From Asterionella formosa (Eukaryota), in contig NKIB01014724.1 in NCBI GenBank assembly GCA_002256025.1, positions 1-41,135 on the forward strand: DNA of 41,135 bases, written 5' to 3'. Positions 1 through 10,160 of the stretch are shown in pieces. Under the pieces are notes generated by a model. The model worked only from the letters and a program-made list of their open reading frames with translations, was not told the DNA's origin and searched no databases. Each line of letters begins with the position of its first letter. Within the stretch, counting starts at the first letter, position 1. A program made the translations under genes and the position numbers.

Positions 1-392
1 TGTTGATGAGGTTTTAATCCTATTGGATAATCCTACTACCTTGGATAACCATGGACGAGGTCCTTATTCTATTTATTCAAGTATATGCCGATGGTACAGT
101 TACTTTTCAACAAACTATGCATACTACAGAACGAATTAATATCCATTACATCAAACCTTTTCAAAGGTAAAAGGTTTTCCCTTGGTGTGGGAGAGTGAGC
201 GATCTTGCGCATCAATACAGATGTATATAGGGTTAGTGTTATATCATATATGAATAAGAACTCAATAATGAGAGAACTCGACTAACCCTCATTGTATACT
301 TTGGTGTCGACTTGGAGAACGAGTTACACACAAGGATTAACAAATAAGCTCATATATTCAACAAATACTACTACTTCTAGTTAGATACTTCA
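1..392 (+). mobile_element. 3' end of a Ty3/Gypsy LTR retrotransposon: frameshifted integrase C-terminus, polypurine tract and 3' LTR
   Basis: 2-170 translates (one extra T near 72-75) to VDEVLILLDNPTTLDNHGRGPYSI/IQVYADGTVTFQQTMHTTERINIHYIKPFQR*, matching the GPY/F tail of Gypsy integrases. Purine tract GGGAGAG at 189-195 is followed by a TGA...TCA-bounded segment. Confidence 0.75.
196..392 (+). repeat. Putative 3' LTR (~197 bp) of the Gypsy element
   Basis: Starts TGAG directly after the PPT and ends CTTCA, abutting a CCAGGTACCAGGTACC array. The 3' boundary could be 395. The partner LTR lies outside the window. Confidence 0.55.
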
Positions 393-926
393 CCAGGTAC
401 CAGGTACCGCTAGATCAAGATCCGCTCTCCACCCTATCTGCTCAGGATCGATGATACCTGCTACCAGGGTACCGTACATTTGTATGTTTCATCAGAATGA
501 CGCCTGTCCGTCTGGTCCAATTATGGACAAGACAATTGTTGTGTATGGACGAAATGTACCGGTACGATCAGGAATTCATGATGATGTGGACTGTACGTAC
601 AGTTTAGTCCTGATGCATGCGCTCGCGTCAGCGGCCGACTTAGAAACCTACAGGTAGTTAGTACATACTGGTTTTTGTCTGTTCCTTGTTCGGGAGGTCA
701 TTGCTACTGCAGATGCCACGCATCATCGAACACCGTGGCAGTTCAGCAATATGTAATGTCGACCTAGGTCCGGCGTGTGAAGTCATTATTAGCGAAGGGC
801 TGAACACTGGTGTACCTGGTAACAGGTACCTGGTACCCTGGTATGGTACCATCAGTAACCAACCTGAAATACCGGTAGTGCCACTCGTCGCGTAAAATAT
901 TTGATTTCATCTGACCTACCGTCACC

Positions 927-1709
927 ATGAGGTTCCATCGCTCGTCTATGGCGCTTCTGGGCATTGTGACCGGCATAAGGCTTGCTGCTGGATTTGCGCC
1001 TACTAAATTTGGTGTCACCAAGTTGTCGTACAGCATGTTGCAAAATATGAGTGAATGCAAGGAGGAGGAATGCGCCCTTCCAGATGACTTTTTTGATGTC
1101 GCGATTACTTCAGAGAAGAGTTCAGAGAAGAGCGCGATTCTTCGATCTACGGTGTTGTCCAATGTTCAAGGGAAAACCATCCTTCTTGGTGACACAATGG
1201 GACCCGACAAGTCGGTGGTAGTCTTTCTTCGACATCTCGGATGAGTGTTCTGCTGGAGTTATGCCAAGGATTGGTCTCAACTCCGGCCACAAATTGAGGC
1301 AGCAGGTGCTGTCGGTCCTATTTTTGTATCCATTGGAGATCAAGACAAGCTTCTGAAGTTCCTAGAGTTGAATCCATCTATTTCTCGAGACAGCATCTTT
1401 GTGGATGATCTTCAGATGGGCGCCTACACAGCGGTTGGATTTGGATCTATGGAGGATACATTCAAGAATCCTCCGAAGGACCTCAAGCTTAAGACTCCTA
1501 CAATTGGAGGTTTAGGTGCATGGATGAATTACTTGGGAAATGTCATGGAACTTTCTCCTGTTGATCGCAAGACAAAGAACTTTGAGGGAGTCAAACGCCT
1601 TGGAGGAACCTTTGTCGTTGACGGCGATGATGTTATCTACCAATGGAGTGATCGGTTGCCTGGTGACACCCCTGAACTTGTTGATGTCATGAAGTACGTG
1701 ACAGCCTAA
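927..1709 (+). CDS. Peroxiredoxin-like (AhpC/TSA_2; SelU/PRXL2/AAED1-like) selenoprotein, 260 aa, Sec at codon 106 (TGA 1242-1244), probable plastid-targeting presequence
   Basis: ORFs 927-1244 and 1245-1709 are contiguous and in frame across one TGA: VVVFLRHLG-U-VFCWSYA (UxxC). The downstream part has family motifs FVSIG and RLGGTFV...YQWSDRLPGD. SECIS in the 3' UTR. N-terminus has a hydrophobic stretch then AAG-FAP. Confidence 0.9.
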
Positions 1710-1780
1710 TTTTGATGGTGAAAGTGGTTGGTTTTGGGCAGTGTATCTTTTCCTCCCCATGGACTATCAACAATCACAAG

Positions 1781-1844
1781 TGTTTCTGTGAATGACTTCC
1801 TTTGACAAATCATTGCGACATCGAAGGAATGAAGAACAACAACA
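1781..1844 (+). promoter_or_regulatory. Eukaryotic SECIS element in the selenoprotein 3' UTR
   Basis: ATGA 1792-1795, 11 nt spacer, AAA 1807-1809, GA 1831-1832. Upper helix TTCCTTTGA (1797-1805) pairs with TCGAAGGAA (1821-1829) with one G-U. Lower helix TGTTTCT pairs imperfectly with AGAACAACA. Possible apical TC/GA mini-stem. Confidence 0.88.
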
Positions 1845-1947
1845 TTGATCGGGATTTGATTTTCTCATGATCATAAATTACAAGCTCTCTACCCTATTAT
1901 AAATAGTCATCCATTTTGTGGCAGTCTAATCGTCCTGGAAAGTGTGC

Positions 1948-2442
1948 TTACTCTTCCACATCCGCATTATTCTCCTTCGGAAGTTTGAGGCCCGCTAATC
2001 TTGGACGGTATCGTCTCCAAAAGACAACAGGGTCCACGGCGTTCGTACAAATCTTTTTGGTAGCCAGCGCCAGTCGTCGTAGCTCTCGATCACCTGTGAC
2101 AATTTGAACTTCATGGCCTGTAGATCCGGATTCGTAAATAGCCTTGATTTCGCTCAAGATATAGTCGTCAGCGGTCAATCCCTCTTTCGTCGTTATGGTG
2201 GTGAAAGTGTCACTGTTTTCTTCTTTGCTAGTATATCCGCCTTGGGTGCCTTTCTTACCATCCCAGACCAACACTACTTCGGTATTTCGTTGCTGAATCT
2301 CTTGCAATTTTGCTGATATGGCATCTCGATTTTTTGGAATTCCCTTGTGACCGAACATGTTATTACCATCAATGAACCATGTCACACGACGTGAACCCGT
2401 GGCGGCGAAGAGGAACGAAGGAAGGAATGCTAGGAGTTTCAT
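1948..2442 (-). CDS. NYN-domain (YacP/Rae1-like, PIN-fold) ribonuclease with hydrophobic N-terminus
   Basis: Acidic motifs FIDGNN, VVLVWDG, TADDYI and IVTGDREL. First ATG at 2442 (MKLLAFLPSFLFAA). Confidence 0.8.
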   Translation of the reverse strand: MKLLAFLPSFLFAATGSRRVTWFIDGNNMFGHKGIPKNRDAISAKLQEIQQRNTEVVLVWDGKKGTQGGYTSKEENSDTFTTITTKEGLTADDYILSEIKAIYESGSTGHEVQIVTGDRELRRLALATKKICTNAVDPVVFWRRYRPRLAGLKLPKENNADVEE

Positions 2443-2964
2443 GGTGGAATGGATTTTCGACTGGACGAAGAACAAAAACTTGGAAACGAAAAGGCCGAGA
2501 ACATCGGAAGTACCGGTTTACCGTACCGGTAGTACGTATGAAACATCATACCTACTGCAGTGCATATGCATAAAGTATTTTTTTAATGGTACCCCGACCA
2601 TCAAGTTCGTGCGTATACCGGGGGATGCCGTGTCACACTAGACTCCAACTGTCTAAATAATAACAGGACGAGTTGCATCAATTATTCAAATTTCTCCAGT
2701 GCCATTTCACTCCAAGCAAGATTTTCTCCGGCCTACTGTGCACCTTGCTCTTAGCAACAGGTCCATTAATTATATACCGGTATATCACATGCACCATTTC
2801 TGCGTCCAGGGCAATAGAAAATTATTTGTTAAAAAGAATTCTTAGGAGTCTTGTCTTGTTTTAATAGCTAAATTAACATTGTTTCATCATGCCCATCGAG
2901 CAATGAGGAAATGAGGGATAAATTGCTCTCATTTCGATTTTATTTTTAACTCTCAGCAAATCTC

Positions 2965-3012
2965 AGCAGCATTCCAGAATAGCAGCATTCCAGAATAATT
3001 CTGGAATGCTGC
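2965..3012. repeat. 16-bp tandem duplication plus 15-bp perfect inverted repeat
   Basis: AGCAGCATTCCAGAAT twice (2965-2996). GCAGCATTCCAGAAT-A-ATTCTGGAATGCTGC (2982-3012). Confidence 0.9.
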
Positions 3013-6000
3013 CAAGATTCACTTAGAGATGAAGATGTCGAAAATCGCAAATCGCATCGATTGCAGCAGGATTTCAGAGATTCATCGCTCATAGCATGTC
3101 TGTACGTAGAAACCTTCGTAGACTTTGTTCTGCCTCTGATCACAACAAGGTAAAGCTAGTACAGTGAACAATAAAACTTCACCATAAATATTTGGCTTTC
3201 ACACGACATCAATCTCTGCTGGCATCATCATCCTTTTCCTCTATTTGTCATGATTGCTTGGTGTCTTGTCTTTCAGCATCTCACTGCTGGTTGATTGTAT
3301 TTTTGAGGCAGCCGCCTGGGCTGAGGTAATTGTGCACATTGTCCCTGATGTGACAAACAAAGGGAGAAACTTCCAACAGTAATTGATGAGCAGCAGACCA
3401 GATATGGTAATACTTCTTTGTCCACAAGCAAGAATCTCATTCTGTTGTCCATTTTCGTTCCACTTCTTTCTTTTGGAAGCAGCAATAATGACAATGATAT
3501 GAGGAATGGTTTGATTCAAAAGATAGCTTGCGCAATGGAAGTCGAAATATCAAGTTGGAAATCGGCGACCAGACAAGCAAGGAACCAATTGGCAAAGGTT
3601 TGAAACAATACAAAAATCAACAGATAAGCGAGTAATTCTATGTTTAGACGCAGCGATGGAGGACAGTCAAAATGCGATTCTAAGATGGATTGTTGGGCAA
3701 TCAATATTTGGAATGCTAACTACATGCAAATTTCCTAGTGAACTGGCTGGGGGGGGGTATTGTGGTCTATTGTGCTAGAGGGTTATCTCAGTGATCAATT
3801 TTCCAAAATACTAAGCAAGGAGTAGTAACATAAAATACAATAGGAGTTTGTTGAATGGCTCAACTAAAATTTCGATGAGACTTGAAACTTGAAGAAGAAG
3901 AGTCAACTATAGGAAAAACAGGCTAAAACAACAACCCGGCTTTTATAAACATTTGAGTATGGCAAAGGTTGCATGTGATGTATAATTAATTTAATATTGG
4001 CAACTTTGTTACGAAACGACTTTTCTCTTTTAGGCTTTTTTTTGATTTTCACTTTTGCCCATCTAAAGCAAAATACAGATGCATGAGGCAGCCCATGAGG
4101 CAGGACACATTTTCTTTGAACCATATATTCTTAACATGCATACATCATATGAAGTAGGCTACAACAGTAGAACAAAATCCCCTTGTGCTCTATTTTGGAA
4201 TGTGCTACCGCAAAAGTGGCGATGATAGAAAAGAAGAAAATGATGATATGCTTGTTTTGATGTTTGAAACCATTAAATATCTAGTGGTATGGTCCATGTC
4301 AATGTAACAACCGTAGAAAGTATATGTGATGACATGCTTTACCGGTATTTGTTACCTGCAATAGTGTTTGAATGATGGCTGGACGATCATGTAAAATGGC
4401 ATTGGCAATATGGACATGCACCAAATGAGTAGTATATGTATGTTCACGTGGTTTCGAATAATTTATATAGATGCTAATAATTTGATTTCAGAAACATAGT
4501 TTATATTCACTTGTATGTACCAGTAACTCATTTAAAATGCATTTTTAGGAGTCCGCCGACCCTCAAAGAAATTTTTTCTGTTGTCTACGCAATCCTTCCT
4601 AAAGATAGTATGCATCTCCTCTCTGCCTTGAGTAGCTTCAAATCGCTGCAACTATCATTTTCGACCACCAGAGGGTGTACTATATGTAATGAACTCAAAA
4701 GACTAGTCACATGGTGCATTGAGTAACAGGTGCCACCTAAAAACTTACTTCTTTTGCATATATCACATCATCTTGCATTTTCTTCCGTTCCTGAGTGGCA
4801 GCCAGGCAGAATATTGGGTCCAAGTGCAAGCATTTTAGCTGATGCTAGTAGACAAGCAGTGATTCTCTTCTTGTGCCCCTTGAATTTGCTGTTTTGTTTC
4901 ATTTTATTGCTTGCGCTTCCTGGTCAACTCCATTTCAGGTGTCTTCAAATTTTCTGAAGTCATTTATTCTTTCTACAAGTGTACCAGCATTGCCAGTTCG
5001 GATATTCAATTTAGCTGGTGGGAGTGTGTTTGGGCAACAAGCAGGGGAGAAAGTGTGTTCTATATTCACATTTCTGTGTCAATGTTGAAAATGTGGTTTT
5101 TGTTGTTGATATTGAAGGAGTCGCAGTGCGCAGCAGCACCTCCAGCTGTACTACTAGTAGAAGTACTAATCGCATTGAGTGCATATTCAGAGGTAGAGTT
5201 CTGGTTGGCAAGCAAGCAATCTGATCTCTCCCAGAAGTATAGTTCTAAGACACTATAATAATGAAGTTAAATATATATTGAAACACACCAGCACAATCAC
5301 CCACAAATCCATCATGAAATTGGGAGCTACTAAGAACGACAAAGCCTCAAAGGCTGCAAAGAAGAGCAGGATATATTTCAAATAACAGCAAACCCTACAG
5401 ATCATTCTAAACAACATAGTGAGAGAGCTCAAAGTTCAGAAAGCTTACAGTACGTCTAAGACTTGGAGATAAAAATGCTGAATGGTTGCACTCTTTCTGA
5501 AGTTGTCCTTGCTAAACAGAAAATTTTACCTTGGTTAACAATTCATCAATTAAAAAGTGAATTAAAGAAAACTGCACAGTTTGAAGTTATGTCTACTGCT
5601 TTCAATTTCTTGTCAACAGCAACCTTTGGGACTAAATATGGAAGTAACACTACCGGGTAGCTAATTGATGAGTTCAAAGCATGATCATTATTGGTTAGTA
5701 CATAAATTGCTACAACATTGCTTTGAATAATGATGTTTGTATTTAGCATTTCAAGTCCAAAACATGAATGTACTCGATTGAACGTTGAATCTCAGTTCAA
5801 AATCTTCCAAACGTTAATTCTCAGCTCATAGGTGGTACCTGGTACTGTTAAGTGCTGGACTATTATGCATATAGAGGGGTGAGCCGTCCAAATTCATCCA
5901 CGAGTTCATACCCGTACATGCATTAGATATTCTTTTGTTATGTGCTGCCCAATTTCGACATCAAGTGCGTCTGGCATACAAAGGGATTCTGGATTCCGTC

Positions 6001-6792
6001 CTATCGTTCACTCATGAGGATGTGTACCTGGTTCCAGGTACCAGGTACGGTACACATATCATAGAATTCATTGCATGTGACCTTTTATCTCACCGACGTA
6101 AATTTTTCGAAGTTGCCTGTATTACTGATATGCAACTCATCATCAGTCCAAACGAATGGTTGTGGGACGTGCGTTCCGGTATCATGCATGTATTGCCATC
6201 TCGACCGTTGCGTCGGCCGGGTGCGTGTTGACATATTTTTGCTGTATGGGCTGGAGGTCTAGATACTCTTTTTCATAACATCATGGTAGGTGTAGTATCA
6301 CCACAACACCAGGATCTTGATTCTTGTGTTTCATTCGTAGTTTACGAATTGCTTATTACCGGACACAGTTGTGTGAGAATCAACGGATGGTTGAGTAAGA
6401 ACGGTTTTTTTTAATTTGACAGCCGGCTAAATGATAAATGTATACCACATATACCGGTATACTATTTGAGGATATGACATTGATACAGTTCTACCGGTAC
6501 CAGGTACCTGGAATTCGTCTGAAACGCATGGGGAACGGTTGAACGGGAGCCAGCAAGTATTCATACGAGCCAGCCGGCAAGGAAATGTCACTGTGTAATG
6601 TCACGGTCCTTTTTGGTCAAGCAGGGAGCGACGACGTGGTTGCTTGCAATGTACCAGTATTTAATCGTTTGGCTTGCTTTGTGTGTTCCATCAACTCGCT
6701 AATAAAGTGTACACAATCCATCGACTTGTTGCCTGTAAATAGTACTTCACTTATCTTCCAATAATTAACTCAGAAGTTCTATAACTTTGAAA

Positions 6793-8091
6793 ATGTCTTT
6801 TGATCTAGGATGCTTCAGCTTTCCTGAATCACCCAGCGAAGCAGGGATCGCACCGACCTTGAGCTGGCGCATGGATCCAGCGAAGAGCTTGAGTGACTGG
6901 ACACTAAATATTATTCCCAAGACAAGTCATGATGCAAGCGTGAAAGACGTCCATGAGGTACAAACCTATCATGTTCATAGGACCTCCCTTGCCACTGGTC
7001 CCAGATTTAGTTTGTATTTTGAACATGAATTTCAAACAAAAGAATCCGATGCCAAGACGACCACCATTGAATTCGAACCATCGACTGCAGAAGCTATTCC
7101 TGTTATGCTTGACTTCATATACAGCCCTATTGGAAAGGTGAATGCTACTACTGATAATGCTGTAGCCTTGCGACACCTGGCCAATTATTTTGGCATACAC
7201 GCATTGTTCGACGCTGTCAATGATTTTGTTCACGTTGATTTGTCTCCCACCACAAGCCCCGTTTACCTTTCAGAGAGTGCCGTTTATTACGACGAAAAGA
7301 TTATGGATGCCGCCTTCAAGTTGTGTGTGACAAATTTTGGAAAGCTAGATGAGGACAGTCTGGCAGACCTTCCCCCTAAATTGTTCCGAAAAGTGGTTTT
7401 AGCACCTGACTTGATATGTGACAGCAAAGCTCTAAGTGTCCGTGTGGCTACCTTTTGGAAGAAGCACTCTTTGAAGCTGGATACCGGCTTGTTGAGGGAA
7501 CTAACGGATAACACTCTTATGCCAGAAATTCATCCGGAGTCTGCGGTTTATTTCCTCAAGTTGGCACTGGAACACAACCTCACAAACAATGTGGAAGTTA
7601 AATCGACACATGTGGTGGACGTGACAACCACGGAAGATGTAGAAGTCAATACTGTCAACACATCACTCAAAAGCCGATGTGAAGCGGCAGCGGCCAAAAA
7701 TTGGGATATTTCCTTGACAAAAGCGTTGACGAATGATGCCACAGACGAAGCGAAGCGTACTTATGAGCAACTCCCAGACTCAATTCGGATCAAAATTCTC
7801 GAGAATGCCATAATGTCCGCTTCGAAAGAACGAAGTCAATTGCATCAAGACCTCGGCCGATTTATTCGAGTGCCAGTCGAACATAAATTTGATGCATATG
7901 GCTTTATCTCCCACTATGTGGAAGGCGACAAGGCATTGAGTCGACCTCCATCAGCGATGCCGATGCTAACAGATCAAACATTAGATGGTTATCTCTTCCA
8001 CGCTGGTAGCGATGTATGGCCAGTTTTTTACTATAGTGGCGTCGGAGAAAGTAAGAAAGAATCCCAAAACGAAGTGGCTTCAACCAAGTAG
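6793..8091 (+). CDS. BTB/POZ-domain protein
   Basis: SLSDWTLNI...YHVHRTSLATGPRFSLYF...AIPVMLDFIY...NAVALRHLANYFGIHAL is a typical BTB pattern. Intronless ORF; first ATG at 6793. Confidence 0.85.
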   Translation: MSFDLGCFSFPESPSEAGIAPTLSWRMDPAKSLSDWTLNIIPKTSHDASVKDVHEVQTYHVHRTSLATGPRFSLYFEHEFQTKESDAKTTTIEFEPSTAEAIPVMLDFIYSPIGKVNATTDNAVALRHLANYFGIHALFDAVNDFVHVDLSPTTSPVYLSESAVYYDEKIMDAAFKLCVTNFGKLDEDSLADLPPKLFRKVVLAPDLICDSKALSVRVATFWKKHSLKLDTGLLRELTDNTLMPEIHPESAVYFLKLALEHNLTNNVEVKSTHVVDVTTTEDVEVNTVNTSLKSRCEAAAAKNWDISLTKALTNDATDEAKRTYEQLPDSIRIKILENAIMSASKERSQLHQDLGRFIRVPVEHKFDAYGFISHYVEGDKALSRPPSAMPMLTDQTLDGYLFHAGSDVWPVFYYSGVGESKKESQNEVASTK

Positions 8092-8389
8092 ATATGAAGC
8101 AAAACAAAAATGCTGCCCGGCCCCCTTTCGCAGGCTGTTTATGTAGAATTGCCTCCACCAAAAAATTAAAGCACCCCAGTCTATCTGAAACAAGAAGTGA
8201 TACCTGAAGATCTAGAATGCTTCACTTCATGTTTTCCCTTTTCAGAATTATTATCCCTTTTATTGGTCACCTGACAGTTCATGTATCTACAATGCTGGAC
8301 TGTTACATAATTAGCAAGTATCGTGCATACCACCATGTTCTTTGTAATGACAAATAGATTCTGTTACATATATAATGAGCTGAATAAGC

Positions 8390-8459
8390 GTGGGATGGCT
8401 TAGTGGTTAGCACCCCTTCAGAGGTGGCAGGTTCAATTCCCACATTCTCCACCTGTTTT
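8390..8459 (+). repeat. tRNA-Ala-derived Pol III-type unit (pseudo-tRNA or SINE head), copy 1
   Basis: A-box TGGCTTAGTGG, B-box GGTTCAATTCC, 3' ATTCTCCA, then a T4 run. Anticodon/variable region shortened. Confidence 0.6.
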
Positions 8460-8937
8460 GCTTACGTAGTCCCTTGGGTTCTGCATGGCAGACAACAGGT
8501 CTAAGGCCCTCTTGGGAGAGGGGAGGGGGAGGGACCATGTGCGACTTTACAATCACCACTATTGTCAAGTTCTTGAATGCTAGCACACCATAAAAATGAT
8601 TTCATAATTTTTTAAATGAACTATCAAAGAAAATTGATACATGCATGATTCTAATATAAAATAGGCAGTCTACAATGCAATACACATGATAAAAATTTAA
8701 CCTCACTCATATTAAGCCTTTTAAGACTACTCATTTGCCAGAAGGGTAGACCGTGTAGCGTTTCCTGTCTCTACCAGCTCTGATTTTCATGTACCTATGT
8801 ACTTACTTACAAACCAGGATCATCCCAACAAAAGTGGTGACTTCCTTTGGGTGTTTAATCATCTGTACAGCACAACAGGAATCTGTCTTTTTTAATTCAT
8901 TAGCCGCACCCAGGAACCCCTGGAACTGAATGAACAA

Positions 8938-9012
8938 GAAAAACAGGAGGTGGAGAATGCAGGAATCGAACCCGCCACCTATGAAGACATGCTATCCAAC
9001 TAAGTAATCCCC
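8938..9012 (-). repeat. tRNA-Ala-derived Pol III-type unit (pseudo-tRNA or SINE head), copy 2
   Basis: Reverse complement reads GGGGATTACTTAGTTGGATAGCATGTCTTCATAGGTGGCGGGTTCGATTCCTGCATTCTCCACCTCCTGTTTTT. Intact T-arm GCGGG/CCTGC, acceptor stem with G3:U70, T5 run. Confidence 0.65.
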
Positions 9013-9746
9013 ATGTAATACACATCATATGTCAGGACTATATTTCTCCATCCCTCTTCCATAAGGGCCTGTTGGTCCATTGTTGCTGGGCTATAGCTCA
9101 TCCCTATACCCCTAATATCCTCATCTGGTACTACCCAGCTGGTGTGCTGGTCCTTTGCTGGTTTATTTTGCTCCTGCAGCATCACATTCATCACTTGACT
9201 CCTAACTATTACTGGCATTGTATCTCACCCTCATGTGTCATCAGACCCTTTCAGCCTTCTCTGTTCTTGCCTAGTCTTTGGCCTCCCAGACATGGTTTGG
9301 TTGTTGGAATTGAATGTGCAGTGAGCAAGAAGAGTATGTGATGCGAATTAATGAAGATGATAAAACATTCATCCACTGCCCAGTGAGCAAAAAAACTGAG
9401 TTGGCAATCTATGTAAAATTTGTTCTTTTGCTATTGTGTACCTTTTTACGACGAAATTCGTCTAGCGCATGCCAGCAGCATTCGAAATCATTTACAAAAT
9501 CATTTAAAAAAAATATCCATAAATGGATGAACTAAAAAACAATACAAGATCCTACGGAAGTTCTAGGGGGGGCTGTACCACTGGTCAAATCCAAAATTGG
9601 TCAGGGTTCTGGTTTTGTTTGGTCAGGTCAACACATCTACCTGATAGTGACCAGTTCCCCCCGTTCCACTCTCGTACCATAGTACCAGGGTACCATGGTA
9701 TTATATAATTTTAGCACTTTTTTTTCGTGCAGCATCCTTTTCCGCC

Positions 9747-10160
9747 ATGGGAGGCTTATACGACGACAGCGACTGGGACGAGCTTCCTGACCACGTCAAG
9801 AGTGCAGCTAGGATCCTAGGATACAACCAAGAAAAATGGGACGAAGATGAGACTCCTGAAGATATTGATGACAGTGACTGGGACGACTTGACCAAAGCCC
9901 AGCGGGATGCTGCGATCGTTTTGGGTTACGACCGAAAGAGTTGGGACGACAGTTCAGGAAAATACGATGAAGATGAATGGGACGATCTTCCTGTCCATGT
10001 CAAAAGTGCGGCGGCAGTCCTTGGATACGATCAAGAGAAATGGGACGAAGACGAGTCAATTGAAGAACTCGAAGATTTAGACTGGAATGATCTGTCCACT
10101 GTGCAACAGGCTGCTGCAACCGTTTTGGGCTATACTCCAAAGAGATGGAACGCCGATTGA
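9747..10160 (+). CDS. Small acidic protein (137 aa) of four W-x-x-L...AA-x-x-LGY...W repeats, function unknown
   Basis: Clean ATG-TGA ORF with GCCATGG start context. The repeats are conserved at protein level and diverged at DNA level. Confidence 0.85.
   Translation: MGGLYDDSDWDELPDHVKSAARILGYNQEKWDEDETPEDIDDSDWDDLTKAQRDAAIVLGYDRKSWDDSSGKYDEDEWDDLPVHVKSAAAVLGYDQEKWDEDESIEELEDLDWNDLSTVQQAAATVLGYTPKRWNAD

Noticed and set aside
1242..1244. TGA read as a true stop, pseudogene lesion or intron-removed codon
   Set aside because: It occupies the redox Cys column, the frame stays open with intact family motifs for 154 more codons, the nearby GT is a poor donor, and a canonical SECIS follows.
4040..4440. 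Possible decayed 2OG-Fe(II)/TET-JBP dioxygenase on the minus strand (GILFYCCSLLH)
   Set aside because: No intact HxD, several frame breaks are needed, and the resemblance is too short to support.
2638..6262. CTAGACTCCAAC / GCTGGAGGTCTAG as terminal inverted repeats of a DNA transposon
   Set aside because: Only ~11 imperfect bp with a gap, no clear TSD and no transposase motif.
8390..9012. Functional tRNA-Sec or tRNA-Ala genes
   Set aside because: The units are ~62-64 nt, with no proper anticodon stem and no long variable arm. Kept only as tRNA-derived elements.
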